Source: Vicugna vicugna
Lineage: Eukaryota
Length of the DNA stretch: 53,954 nucleotides
Direction of reading: 5' to 3'
Assembly: GCA_013265495.1 (NCBI GenBank)
Contig: MU058233.1
Coordinates: forward strand, 905,038 to 958,991
Both the position numbers and the translations under genes were made by a program. Numbering within the stretch: the stretch's first letter is position 1; each line of letters starts with the position of its first letter. Shown piece after piece: positions 25,101-39,708 of this stretch. The notes beneath the pieces are model-generated. The model ran no database searches. It was given only the letters and a program-made list of their open reading frames with translations, and was not told where the DNA came from.

Positions 25101-26438
25101 CTGGAAACAGGGCTGACCCTCTGCCAGGACCCCGCCTGTTCTCTTCGGATTCTCACAACCTGTGTGGAAAGCGGTTCGGCAGCATCTCCTCAGATCGCAC
25201 CCTTTAACCTCGCTTCCAGGCGTCTGTTCCATAGAAGTAGGGGCAGTTGTGAACACAGGTCTGAACGTTATCCTGGAAAATGCGATCCCTGGCTTACTGC
25301 CTGAACGTCCAGGGCTGGGGAGGCATTGCTGCAAGCTACTGCCCCACCTTTCATGGGGTACTTTGCAGGACCGGGCAGAGACCAGGAATTGCCTCTGCGG
25401 TGCTGGCCAGATTAAGTACTGCCAGAAACAAGCGCTCTCTGCTGTTAAAACGCCTTCAGTCCAGCGCGGCGTGGCTCACCTGTTTGTGTGGAGGGTGGGA
25501 GGGCAGAGCAGGGGGCGCAGCAGAGTCGGGTTTTGAGTGTAACATGTCAGGGTTCCCTACTTGCACACAGAAGTCAGCCTGCCTGGGGCCCCACTTCTGG
25601 GCAGAGGCAAGTTACCTCCACTCTCTCATCCTCAGTCCTCACCCGGCAAAGGGAAAGCTTGGTGCCAGCAGCGATGTGAGGGCAAGGGGCCGGAACTCCA
25701 GCAGGGCTGGGCCAGGGAGGCTGGTGCGCATTCATTCCTTTGTCTAGATTCCCTCCCTCTGCCCGCCTTGTCTCTTTCTCTCCTTCCTGCTTCCCTTTCC
25801 TCCCCTTTCCTTTATTCTTTTATTAATTTGTCAGATGAGGGCAACCTTTAAATCTTCGTGGTTTTCAAATATAAACTTTTTTTCAAAATCAAGAGTTAAA
25901 ACCACATTTTGCTGGTCCTGCCACGGGGTTGGGCCCCTGGACTCCCCTGCGCAGGAGCAAGAAGGGCCTCTGCCCTGCCCCTGGTCCAGGGCACAGCCTC
26001 CACCCTCCCTCAACCCCGGCCACCATTTAGAGAGGCCTGAACACCCTTCTGGCAGATGCTGGGGAAATCTGATGACCTGACCCGGGTGGGCCCCACCCCC
26101 ACTGAACGCAGAGGAGAAGCGAAAGGAACAGTAGTGACCACGTGCGTGAGATGTGGGGGAAATGGAGAGGAGGAGATATGGGGAGGGGGCAGCAGCAGAA
26201 CAGAGGGAAGGTTCAGAGGAGTGAGGTGAACTCCCAGCGACAGCACAGGGCTGGGACCTGGTGCACAACCAAGGGCTGGACTGTTGTGGGGACTACAAGG
26301 CAATTCTGGGGGGCAATGATGCCACACCTTCTCTCCTGACCCCCACCTTACAAGCACCTGCGGCAGGAGGGGCCTCGCAGAGTTGGTCTGAGGATTGCTG
26401 TGTGGTCAGCCTGTGGTCATCACAGGTCCTTGTCATGA

Positions 26439-26786
<348 letters not shown>

Positions 26787-28815
26787 TGACAGAAATCCCC
26801 AGAAGTCATCAAGAGCCTAGGGAGAGATGCTATATACCAAGTTGGAACCATTTACTCTCAGCCAGTGAGAATTCCTCACTGGGTAGTCTGAGACAAACTC
26901 TCTGTTTATCAAATCCCGGTGGTCCTGGAAGGGTGGGCCTGGAAGGGTGGTCCTGGCTGGGACAGTCGGCATCCCAGGTAGTGAGACAAACAGTCAAACA
27001 GACCCTAGGCTCCTGGTCTCCATTTGGGAAGTCTGAAACTGCAGGTTGCTGGGTCACTCCTCTGGTGGTACTTTGAACCTCAGCTCATTTGTCACCAAAA
27101 CCTGAGCTGCGTGCATGTGAAGCTACTTATGCTCTTTATTTACTCACTTAACGTGACTGGTACATTTTACTACCTAAATACTGGTATGTTTGGTTGCAGG
27201 ATGCTGCCTGCCCCAGGTTATACTGGGGTGGTGCAAATTACGCACTTTCTGCCTGTATTACTTTCTAAAATCTGAGACATTCATAATTCCAAAATCCATC
27301 TGGCTCACAGGATTGCAGTAGGACATGTGGGGGCCTATGTTTCCCTCTTTCACTCCCTGTTACAGCCGCTGCGTGGTTCATGCTGCTTTTACCTTCAGGC
27401 TGCCCAGTTCTTCCCTGTGCCTTCTGTTTCTGCTCCCCACTCCCATCCCAGCCCTGGGGCGTCCTCCTGGCTGCCCTCCCCCCGGTCCTCTCCTGCCCTC
27501 TCAATCTAGTCTTCACGCACCAGCCAGAGGGGGGTTTAAGACAGCAGGTGGTAGGTACCCTGGTGTGCAGCCAGGCAGTGGCCCCAGAGCCTGCTCTCCA
27601 GTCCCGACAGTGGCCTTACTGGCTTCCGTGCTGTCCCTCGAAGTCCCTAGACCTTTGTCTTTGACCCCGTGTGAGCCATTGGCCAGAGGTTGGAGCCCTG
27701 CTCTTCGTGTGGCTGGTGCCTTCCTGCCACTCTGGTGTCTTGCTTTCAGCGTCACCCAGTCCAGCTGATGCTTCTTTATTCTCAAGCAGAGTCCCTCGTG
27801 TCCCTTCGTGGCTCCTTCCTCAGTTCAGAATGAACAACCTATTTCTCTGTCGGTCTGTGTATGGTCTGCCTCCGCTCCTGCACTGCAGGCCCCAGGATCG
27901 GGAATGCCTCAGTTCTGCTCATTAAATGATCCCAACATAACACCTGGAACAGAAGAGGGCTCCATTTTCCAAATACGTCCGAATAAATGGGTGAACACAC
28001 AGGCTTGTAACAGCTGCTGTGAAGGCAATCGATGATGAAAAACTCCCAGGGGAGGGACTATAGCTCGGTCAAGATGGTCCAGAAATGTCTGGAGGTGATG
28101 TGCTCTGAGACCTGAGACAGAGGACAGGGCCACCACATTGAGAAAGGGCGTTTATGGCCAATGGCCACTCCTGCAGGCGGGGAAGCCCCGCGTGGCTTCC
28201 GTGACGATTGTGCCTAAGGCCGACTGCTGCATTCTGCAGAAGACTACAGGCCTCAGCCCAGCAAAATGGGCTTTTCCTGATGCGTGGAGTGAAAGCTAAA
28301 TGATTCTCAGCATCTCCCTCACCAAGATGGTCCCAGGAACACTGGGGTTGAAGGCAGGGACCACACACTGACCATAGGGCCTGTGTCCAGGGTAGGCCCA
28401 ACTTGGCATCTTTGGGCAGCTCCCAAGCCTGGTTCCAGGACCAAGGCACACTGGGTTGGTGAGCTGGCACTGGCACAGGCCAGGACCCCTTCATCCCCCC
28501 CAGCTCAGAATGTGCTCACTGAGCCCCAGGGGCCCGCCCTGCTGGTGGGAGACAAAGGTCTTCCACTCAAGATGGGGGACAAGCCTCGGGCCCCTCAAAC
28601 GTGACCTGTGGCTTGCGGTGCAGCTCTGCCTTGTGTGTTATGGCCACAGGCTCGTCCCTGGTCCTCTTGCCTGTGCTCCTCACCAGTGGGCAGTGATGGA
28701 GAGCTTTGCCCGCCTTGTCTTCTGGAAGGGCAGCAGTGCTCAGTGAGTGGGTGAGGCTGATCTCCCAGGGACTTCCCACCCAGCCTGGTGGGGACTGGAG
28801 CCCGGCTGGCCATGA

Positions 28816-29046
<231 letters not shown>

Positions 29047-29599
29047 TAGGTGCCTGCCTTGATATGCCCAGAGTCCCTGCGGCCCCCAAGGGATCTGCTG
29101 TCCAAAGCCACAGATGGGCTGAAGGGCAGTAGAGGCAGGGAGATAAGGGCAGGAAAAGCCAGGAGAAGCAGGAACAGTCAGGGTAATAGGTGTGACATCG
29201 GCTGGTGCCTTACACTCAGCCACACTCTCCTCCTGCCCCACCGGCTGTGGGGACCAATGCCTGCAGGGCACGGAGGGGGAGCCCTTCTTGGGACCCAGGC
29301 AAGAGTCCAAGCTGCAGCAGGAGCCACTGTCCATCCGGCAGGACCCCACAGGGAGGGAGTCAGTGGGCGGACACTCTGATCCCACCCTCCTTCCGAGGGA
29401 TGGATGTCCCTCAGGTTGGCTAATCCCCATGGTCAGACACTGCAGATGGCCTGGCCTGGACCCCAGCACGGCCCCTCAGGGCTGCAGGACCCTTGAAAGA
29501 GAGAAAAACACGAGGGTACTGCAGGCACGATTTGATCGACGTAGTGCTTAGGAGACTGTCTGGCACACGACAGCTGCTGAGTGGATGTTCGTGGTAATT

Positions 29600-29760
29600 A
29601 CCGCCATGACCGTGCTCAGCACTAGGTAAATGTCACACCTGGTTCTGACTGTTTCTGTCCTCACCATTCATGGATGAGGAAACTGAGGCACAGAAGGATT
29701 CGCCCCAGGTTCCACACTAGAGAGATGCAGGATTCCAGCCTAGACATCACGACTGTGGAG
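29600..29760 (+). mobile_element. MIR SINE remnant
   Basis: MIR core motif gatgaggaaactgaggcacaga at c.29673. Confidence 0.65.
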
Positions 29761-30896
29761 CCTTTGTTCCTAGGTGCTCCCCCCCTGGCCAGGAGGGGCT
29801 GCAGGACTCGCTCGGGGCTCCCGACAGCCCGAGGGGCAGGGGTTGCTGAGCCATGGGCCTGACTGATGGAAGAAGAGGTGGAATCTTTTTGGGTCAGACC
29901 GAGTTTTTCTCGTGGTCCCTGCCAGTTACGACTTTGAAGCCCAGCAGTTAATCTGTCCTGGAGTTTTGGGGAATGCAGTCGTGAACCTCAGTACAGGTCC
30001 TGACAGCCTGCCAGAGGATGGTTCTGCAGAGTAAATGACTGGGGGACCAGCATGGGGTGTTGGTGAAGAGGCCCCTGGTTGCTGGGGCCCTGCTCTCCTG
30101 GAGCTGCCCGGGAGTGTGGCTGGTGGACCATAGTAGACCAGGAAACAGCAGGTCCCATAATTCAGAGCAAGAACTGCTAGATGGGACACGTTCTGTAGGA
30201 GCTGTGATGCATTGGCCCTTTGTTGTGGTGGGGGCTGCAGCAGGGACCCGGCGAGCCTGGGAGAGGCCTGAGCATGGGGGCAGCTCTCTCTGGGCCTAAG
30301 GAGGGGTGACATGGGAGTCACAGCAGATGGCCAGTGCAGAAGCAGAGGCGGGAGGTCCTTGGAGTTTCTGGGAGTGGCTGTGGCTGGAGAAAGGGTGGTG
30401 TCAGGATAGGCCTTGGAGGATTTGCTGGCAGGTTGGATGTATTGGAGAAGGTAAAGAGAAAAAACCTGGGCTCCGGGGCTCTCGGCCTGATTGGCTGGCG
30501 CGTGGTGGTCTCTCATTGGATACCCAGGACGGGCTGGGGGTGGGGGGTGAAGCTTCACTGGGAGGTGGGATGTGTGGGTGCGTTTTTGTCCTTCATGGGG
30601 GTTTGTTCAGTTGACATTTGGGTAGCAGATCGTGTAGAGACAGGTTGCTGTTTGTTTATATGTCACTTTTTTCTTTTGGAAAAATTCCAATATACACACA
30701 GTCAAGAGAATAGTGTATCCAGCTTCAGTATCCTCATCATCCAGCTTCAACAGTCATGGACCATTGGTCAGTGACTGGTCCTGGGAAGTCTGGTGAGAGT
30801 GTGGAGTGGGAGCCGGGGCAGTGCCAGGCCCCTCCCTTGTTCAGGGGATGGACTAGGGGGCTGCAGCACACAGCCGGCAAGGAGAGTAGCCAGTGA

Positions 30897-31196
<300 letters not shown>

Positions 31197-32146
31197 TAGG
31201 TGACCATGCACCCTTGGGGAACTCCCACTTTTAGGGGAAGCCCCATCCTTAGGAGAACCCCACCCTGAGGTGATATCACACCCCTAGTGACTGATCCACA
31301 ACCTCAGTCACCCCCCATCAGACCCCCTACTCACTCCATCGCCCTAGTGGCCTGTCTGCCAGGGCGCTGGTGGGCTCTGCCTCCTTTGAACTGCCCTGGG
31401 GACGGCGTTCTTTGGCTGGCGGCCCCTGAACGTCGGTCCAGCGTGCACAAGTAGGGGGTCTGGTTTCCTCACGGGTGTCTCGATATCCTGTCCTCCAGTG
31501 TGGCTTCAACAGATGCCCACTGAGCACTCGCGGCGGCCAGGGCTCCAGCAGGAGGGATGGAGGGGCTGAGCTCTCGGGGAGTAGGCTGAGGGGATGCGAG
31601 TGGGAGTCCTTCAAATCGGAAAGCTGGCTTGCTTCCTTCTCTCCCAGTCTGATCAGGGGGACTCGCTCAGTGGCCGCCCCGCCCCTTCCCCCCCCGTCCA
31701 ATCAGCTGGACTCTCCCAGTGACTGCCCCGCCCCTCCTCTCTGTCTCCAATCATCCGGAGTCTGGCAGTGACCGCCCCGCATGCTCTCTTTCTGTCTGAT
31801 GGGCGGGGCTCTCTCCCAGAGCTTGGTGCCGCGCCCGTGAAGGTGGTTGGGATCTGGGTCCAGCGGAAGGACAGGTGCCTGATCGCAGGGTCGATCGTGG
31901 CTGTCACACCAAGCGGGCAGGTGGGCAGTGGTCTGGTGTCACCTCTGGAGGGTCCAGTCTGCAGGCCCTGCCTTAGGCCTCTGGACTCTGGGTGGTTGTC
32001 GGTGGTGCGGCGGTGTGACTGAGGAATGAAGCCAGAGGCCACTGTGCCCATCGGCTCCGTGTCCCAGCCCACTCGGTGCCCCCGCTGCCTGGTATCCAGG
32101 CTGGCTCACTGTCCCGGCCTGGCGCCTCAGGAGCCGGCTGGCCTAG

Positions 32147-32422
<276 letters not shown>

Positions 32423-32796
32423 TGAGGTAGGGTCCCTGGTTACAGGACACCCTCTCCCAGTCCACACGTTCAAGACTTCACCCCGTGGGGAGAGAGATCC
32501 CTGAAGCTGAGTCAGGTTGGACTCAGGATGGGCCTGGGTGGTGCTGCAGCAGCATTTTGCCTTCGAGGCTACTGTGTGGCCAGGGCCAGGAGGCAGTGGG
32601 AAGGGAGCCAAGTGCCAGAGCTTAGGGTGTCCTGGGCTGGTAACTGCCGTTCAGGCCAAAGACAGATCAAGGGACCAACAAGAATGCTGGGCGGCAACCT
32701 TTTCCAGCCAGTGTGGTTGCTCTTAACCTGCTGGGAAGGAGTCTGGGATTCAGAGCATCCCCCAGCCGCCTCTCGTGTCCGGTGCATTTTCAGCAG

Positions 32797-32914
32797 GACC
32801 TGAGGAGAGTGGGCCTGTACAGACCCAGGAGGCCACCCAAGGGCCGTGGGAGCCCCTGGCCCCGACCCCGGACTTCTCTGGAGATGGGACTATGCCACAA
32901 TCACTGGCTTCCAG
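32797..32914 (+). CDS. ANHX: ANHX coding exon 5 (NAGNAG acceptor, alternative start 32794)
   Basis: ttttcagcag|GPEESGPVQTQEATQGPWEPLAPTPDF...|gtactg. Confidence 0.85.
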
Positions 32915-34093
32915 GTACTGCCCTCCTCACAGGCCATGGGACCGTCTTCCTGCTCAGCTCCCCTGTCCCCGGTGGGAGACCAGACCTGAGGTGGGCATGG
33001 GAAAGCCTGCTGGACACTGGGACCAGGTCGAGGATGGCTGAGAACAGAGATGGCTGTGACCCCAGGGGTGGGGGAGCCACTGGCAGGGAGCCCACGTTGG
33101 GGACCCACACTGGCTGCCCGGAACCTGACTCATAGTCTGGCTTCATGTCAATTTTGGAGACTGGGGAACACAGACTTGGAAAGACACACACGCAGACCTA
33201 CCTCCAAGACAGACCATCTGTTCTCGTGGTTTGTTTCTCTAGCATTTGGTCCGGGTAGTATTTATTTGAGTTAGTAACAGGCAACAGTTCTTGAGTTCCT
33301 ACTATGGATCAGGCACTGTTCGAGCTCTTTCCCTCACCTCCTGGGATGCTGCATGAATGCAGCGAGGCTGAGGGAAGTGTGGGTCAGCAGCAGGACAAAG
33401 TTTGAATGTGGGGCCAGGTCCACTATGTGTAACCAGCAAGCTGTGCCCACCTCTTCCACTGACCCTTGTGTGGGCAGCGTCTCTCATGACGCCACCAGGC
33501 TGGCACCTTACACCCAGGCCGGCACTGCCCAGATGTGTGACTGCAGGCAAGTCCCTGTGACCTCAGTGTCTCACTTTTGTTCACCTGTGAAATGGAGGTA
33601 GTGATAGGACCACCACTGCCATGTGGGTTGGTCCACAGATGATAGGGGTGGGGAGTTGTTAACAAAAGCCGAGGAGTGGTGTCTGAGATGCCGCTAGCAT
33701 TTGTGGAATATTCACTCTTTAAATTACTAACTGCTGCCTAATATCCCTTAAAGATCCACCTTCATGTATTTACTCAACTCTTAGGGGCTTCCTAGTCACT
33801 TTCCACTGTCAATACTGTGCAGCAATGCTTTATTGAAGGGCCTTGTAAAGAAACTGCTAACGTGGCTTTGGTTTCTAGCAGTGGTACTTTCTGTGTCTCT
33901 GGAACCCTTGCAGCCCCAGGGAGAACTGTGGAGGCAGTGTGACTGGAGATGGGGTGGATCCCACAGCCATCAGAGGCTAAGTGGCGTTGGGAGCCCAGAA
34001 TCGCTAACTGGGCTGGAGTCTCCCCCAGGTCCCCCTGTCCCAGCCTGAGAGAGCCTCTGCCCACCAAGGGATGATGTGTGCTGTGTTCCCCAG

Positions 34094-34386
34094 GTCTCTG
34101 CAAGGTGGTGAGAGGTACCAGGGGGGACCTGGCCACGGTCCTGCCGCTCTCCCCACTGTCTGCCCTAGCCCCGGCCTCTGCCCTCTGGCTGCTGGCAACG
34201 ACACACTGGACCCCTCTCTGGCTGCCCCCGAGTCATGGCTGATGTCCCGTGCACTGGCGTCCTCCAAGGAAGATCCCCTCCAGACTGGGCAGCTGGTCCG
34301 CGGTCTTGGGGTGGACTTGGCCATGCACCCTCCTGATGCTGCTGTGGCTACGTCCGTCGCTGCCCCCAGTGAGCCCGGCCCCACAG
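34094..34386 (+). CDS. ANHX: ANHX coding exon 6 (probably alternative)
   Basis: ttccccag|SLQGGERYQGGPG...SEPGPT|gtgggt; 293 bp open in the required phase 2-1. Confidence 0.7.
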
Positions 34387-37354
34387 GTGGGTCCACTTTA
34401 GACAGACCCCATGTTTCTGCATCAGATGCTGTAACTGCTTGCATCCTGTTTGAGGGGGCAGAATTTTGAGGTGCTTGGACTTTCTGCTCAGATCCCGTGT
34501 TATTTGGATCAACCCCAACCCAGTGCAGCTGGAACACATGCTCTTCCCACAGACAGCCCGAATATGTCCCCTTTATTTTTGTTTCCAAAAAAAAAATGTG
34601 CACCTGCCTGAAAAAACAAGACAGTGAGGAAAGACAAAAATGAAATGAAACGGCTGCCACCCCGGCAGTCTCCGCTCCAGTCCCCGTAACTTGTCAACAC
34701 CTGTTACAGCCCAGGAGGGCTGAGCTGCTCACACCCCTGCGGCCCCCCTGCTCTGGTTGGAGTTTCTTTCTGAGTTATAACTGTAGCTCTAAATACCTTG
34801 CAAGAATATGTATTCAGGTATATATTTTGTCCACCAAACATGACAGCATCTTGTGACAGCCCAGCTGGTAAGGAGGATATCGGCACTGAACTCAGCCCGT
34901 GACCTCAGTTTCTTAGTCTTCAATGGTCACACACATGTTTTCTTGGAGTTTCTCAGTGCTTTTCTTTTTTCTTGCATTGTCTGCTCTTACCACGTCGTTA
35001 ACGTCTCCCCGTGTTTCACACGTCCCCCCTGAAGGCTGCCTGCCGGGAGCCTGCTTCCTGCTCCCATCCGAGTGCTCGCTCTCTAGACCTGAGGGGAGCA
35101 ACCCCCCAGGGCCCCTGTGGCTGCCTCCCTGGGTCTGCTTCGGCAAATTGAATTGCAGGCCTTATTCTTTCTTTCCTGACTCTTGTTTTGTTAGAGAATG
35201 TCTTCAATGAACTTTACGAGGAAGGGTGCCTGCAAGGGACATTTTCCGAGTCCTTGCATGTTCTGAAATGGTCTTTAATCTGCCCCCATATTTGATGGCC
35301 ACTTTGTCAGGGACAGAATTCTGAGCTTAAAATCCTTTCCCCTTAGAAATCTGAAAGCATCTCATCCTTGGAGCATCCGGTGTTGTCATTTTAAGTCGGA
35401 TGTCATTCTGATGTTCACGTATCTTTCCTCTCTCGGAGCTTTTTATCTTGGTGTTCTGAAGTTTCAGAATGGTCCGGAGACTGGGTGTGATGGTCCTGGG
35501 TGTGAGTCTTTTAAATTCACTTTGTCGGTAAGCCTTTCAATTTAAAGAGTCTGTGAACAAGGTCTCTGTTAAGCTCTGGGCATTTTATTAGACTGAAGCA
35601 TAGCTGACTTACTCTGGGCGTTTGGGGTGATACTCTTGGATATTTTCTTTGATAGTCTCCTCCCTCCAGTTCTCCCTTGAGAGCACGAATGTTATTTGGA
35701 TGTTGGAAATCCTGGAGCAATCTCCCAAAATGCTTATCTTTAAAAAAAAATACATGTTTTTATTGTGTGTGCTTTTGCCTTAAATTCGGTCTTCTGATAC
35801 TTTATTCTGACCGTTACATAGTTTAAGAGAACTCCAGGCTCTGTGGTGTCTTTACTGATTTTCCTTTCTTCAGAGATCCTGTTACTTTTCTAGATGCGAT
35901 AGCTTCTATTTCTCTGAGTATCCTAATTAGAAGTTTCAGGAAGTACCTTTTGCTGCCTGAAGTGGGGAATGTTGGCATCCTGGATTCGGGTCCTTCCTTG
36001 AGTAGAGGAGGCGGGGCCCCAAAGAGGGCGAGCTCGAGTCTGGTTTCTCCGAGGCAGCTTTTCCGTCTGATCGGACTGGTCTTTCGTTTCAGAGGCTCGC
36101 CATTGCCTGCCCATATTTACTAACAGGGCTGGAGTCGGGAGGGCCTTGGGCAGCCTCACCCGGGGGTGAGGGGAGCTGGTCTTCACGCCACGTCCCGTGT
36201 GTGTGAGGGGTGGTGGTCTCCGGGAGGTGTCCAGCTCCCTGCTGACCGACCGCCTGAGCACCAGGAGGCCCCCCTGCTCCGCCTCCCTCACCGCAAGCTT
36301 CTCAGGGTCCTCGGCCTTGGCTTCCCCTCAGACACCCGCCACCTGGGTGGGATGGACCTGTGCTCTGTGTTTGCGGAGCAGGGACCTCTCTCCCCTGCTA
36401 GTTACCTGTCCCCTGACACCTGCTTTGTTCTGGGCTTGGGGCTTTTTATTTCTCTTTCTCTTGGAGGAAGAAGACATCTCATTGATCTATTACGTTTGAA
36501 ATAGAACTGTTCAAATTAACCAAATTTCCTGGACCTCAGAGTATCTTGAAAGTTGTGCGGGAAAGAGGAAACAGCATAAAACAGGGGTGGAGTTGTGTAC
36601 CAAATGGTGGGGGAGATCTGGGCAGCTGGCTGGCAGACAGGAGGAGGGACTGTTGCTGAGGATCTGAGATCAGGGACTCAGGCTCGCTTTACCACCTGAC
36701 AGACTTAGAGCAGAAATGGGCTGAACTTCTTAGCTCACTTTGCTCCTAAACATCTGTCAACCAGAACTGATCAAAAGCACAGTGGCTTGCCTTAGAGAGG
36801 CCAAGGTCCCCTGAGATGTTTGCTGAAACATTTTAAGCAGAGGGAAAGTGCAGAGTAAGGTAGCGACACCTCGCACCTCAGTGACGTTGGGGCGAAGCCC
36901 AAGGTGAAAGGGGAAGGAAACAGCCCAGCCTCTGGCGAATGAGTACGAGCGGCAGGAGGAAGCGGATGCCCACCTGTCTGTCCGTAGGCGACGCAGTGGA
37001 CTTGGGGCAGGGCTGGATGCTGAGTCTTCTTCTTTCATTGAAGTACAGTCAGTTCACACTGTTGTGTGCTTCTGGTGGACAGCGTCATAGTTCAGTTGGA
37101 TTCTGGATCTTCTGCACTAGGGGCTGTTGTGAGGTCTGCAGTGACAAAGCAGAATTTGAAGTCAGCAAACTGTTACTTTGTTTGGGTCTTTGGGAGCCTG
37201 AAGAGGCCACTGAGCTCACCAGTGGTGGCTGCCCTCCCCTCAGCGAGGGAGCTGGACAGGTTGGACGCGGCCTCTCTGCAGGATTCTCTGTCGTGCTGCA
37301 TGGGGACCCTGCTGCCTTTTCCAGCCCTGGGTTGTGGCATTTCTTCCTGTGCAG

Positions 37355-37502
37355 GATTTGCTGACCCTCCCAGCGTCAACTCCCAGAGCACGTACCTGCA
37401 GGAGGTTCCAGGCACCAGCGGTGGCTGGACAGAGGGACTGGCGGGTGGCTTCCTGATGACACAGCCCCCACCGCAGGCTCCCGAATTCATCCTTGCCCAG
37501 AG
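37355..37502 (+). CDS. ANHX: ANHX coding exon 7 (alternative acceptor at 37374)
   Basis: tgtgcag|GFADPPSVNSQSTYLQE...FLMTQPPPQAPEFILAQ|gtaag. Confidence 0.85.
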
Positions 37503-37769
37503 GTAAGCCTCAGAGCCCTGGAGCTCAGGCTACACATGCCACGGCCCGTAAAGAGGCCAGTCCTGGTGGGGAGATTTGCCGTCCAAGTGTGCAGCTCTTT
37601 TCTGATGGCCCTCGACTGAATAAAGGTTGTACTTTTCCCAAGAGAAAAGAACACCCGGAAATATCAGAGGAGTTATGGGCATACATTCTGTGGCTGGTGC
37701 TCAGGCCTCGACGCTTCCCCAGAGATCTCCCTGGGCCCCGGCTGCCTCTTTCAGGCAACTTCTCTTTTT

Positions 37770-37906
37770 TTTTTTTTTTGGTGCGGTGGGGGAGGAAGGT
37801 GTGGTGGTAATTAGATGTATTTATTTATTTACTGGAGGTACTGGGGATTGAACCCAGGACCTTGTGCATGCTAGGCATGCACTCTACCACTGAGCTACAC
37901 CCTCCC
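37770..37906 (-). mobile_element. tRNA-derived SINE (Vic-1-like) in an ANHX intron
   Basis: ggtactggggattgaacccaggaccttgtgcatgctaggcatgcactctaccactgagctacaccctcccc; poly-T tail; flanking ttcaggca.. direct repeat. Confidence 0.9.
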
Positions 37907-39290
37907 CTCTTCAGGCAGTTTCTTTTCCCCAAAGACTTAGTTTCTGAACAGCAGCAGGATCTTGGCTTTATATTCCAAATTGTAGTTTTAAAAGGGCTCT
38001 GGAGGGCAGTGAGCAGCCCAGGGCTGCGGACTGTGGTGGTGGGGCTGGGGCAGCCATCCAGATGACCTCCAAAGCGCAGCCTGTTAGGCAAGGGGGCCTC
38101 TGCAGCAGAGGGAATCTATGGTAGCGGCCACAGGACTGGATCCCCAGGGTGCAGGAGCTCCCTAATCTGGGCAGAATCACAGGGGGACGTGTGAGAGAGG
38201 AGGAGCCCCCCTAAGTTGCAGGCCCTGCTTAGGAAATAGCCAGACAGTGAGAAAATCCAGCCCGTGCTGACGGACTCACTTTTCCATTTATGACTGGGAG
38301 CCGCACAGACCAGAGGCCTTCATGGGGTCCCCTTGTGGCTTCTCCACTGGCCGACTTGCCCTTGGGCCCTGCTGCCCTGGCCCATCCTTGCTCTGGTGAC
38401 CTTGACTCCTTCTGTAAGAACAGCTTTGTTGGGGGTCTAACTGGCATAAAGTGACCAGGCGTGTTCAGTTGTTACAGATGATAGTTTTCTGAGTGTGACT
38501 CGTGTGTCCGCCACAGCCCATAACCGAGCTGCAGGTCTTGGCCTTGCAGGCTATTTCCACTCGCCTCCACCCCCACCTCCCCAGCATCGGGGATCTGCTT
38601 TCTTTAGCTGCATTTTCTGGAATTTGGTACAAATGACATCGTACAGCAGATGCTCTTCTTGGGGGGTGCAGCACTCTGCCTGACTCCTCCGAGACCCGTC
38701 CCGGTACTTTGGGTCCCCACAGTCCCCTCCTCCTCATTGTGAGTCCTGTCCTCGGCCTGGGTCGACATCACCGATTGGCTGGCACTTGGGAGCCTGGTCT
38801 GGGGGCTGCTGTGAGCCTTTCCGTATGCCTGGCGACCTGCACGTCTGCCTTTGTGTCTCTGGGAGAGGACACCTACGAGTGGGTGACCAGGTGTGGTCAG
38901 ACTTTTAAGGATCTGCCTGGCCGCTGTTCTGAGGGGCTGCACCAGTTACCTCCCCTGAGTTGGCCCTAAGGGCCTGCTGACTCCTTCCCACCTCAGGCCT
39001 GCCCCTTCTTTGTGACCTTTTCTTCCTTCACATCCCCACTGGCTGTCCCCTTCTCTGTGAGCCTGTCTGGATGTACTTAGACGGCCCGAGCCACCTGCTC
39101 CAGGTGCCGCACAGGCCCCTCCCACATCCCACCCACCCGAGAGCCCTGCAGGCAGAGGCTGGTCCTGAAGAGGCACCTGGAAGGGCCCTTGATGGGCAGA
39201 GAGCTCTCAGGGCACACTGCTCATGGTGGACCGTGTCACCCTCCAATAGGGCCTGGAAAAGGGCCTGTCCTGACCCTGTCCCTTTTCCAG

Positions 39291-39375
39291 CACCCCGGAG
39301 CTGGCCCCAGCCCCGCCTGCCTTTCCTGGCCCCTTGCCTGCCGTGGAGCTGAGCCAGCCCCTGCCCTCTGGCCAG
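39291..39375 (+). CDS. ANHX: ANHX coding exon 8
   Basis: ttttccag|TPELAPAPPAFPGPLPAVELSQPLPSGQ|gtgag. Confidence 0.88.
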
Positions 39376-39621
39376 GTGAGCCCTCCTTTGAGGTTCTGTG
39401 GTTTCCCTCCTCCCTCCTGCATCCTCAGCTCGTGCCTTTAGTGTGAATAAAATGGGCAGAGGTGACCACAGGGCAGTGGTGTCTTGAGGCTGAACTTCAG
39501 TGGAACGAGGACTGGACACAGTGTTTTTCACTGAGTCCAGAGAGGCTGGTCCAGGGTGCCCAGTGGGATGGCAGAGGTGGCAGAGGGTTCCTCCATGTGT
39601 GATGCTTTGTTGGCCTTCCAG

Positions 39622-39708
39622 GTGCTGTGGCCTGATGACCAGGCCTCCAGTGACGCCTTCTGGGGAGCCAGGATGCTCCTTGAGCTTTCAAGGGGCAGCC
39701 TGGGCTGA
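39622..39708 (+). CDS. ANHX: ANHX final coding exon
   Basis: ccttccag|VLWPDDQASSDAFWGARMLLELSRGSLG*, TGA at 39706-39708. Confidence 0.9.
   Translation: MLWPDDQASSDAFWGARMLLELSRGSLG

Noticed and set aside
37837..37906. tRNA gene-like sequences (also at c.4310-4382, 43790-43860, 47135-47210)
   Set aside because: Each has a SINE tail and TSDs and has diverged; they are tRNA-derived SINEs, not tRNA genes.
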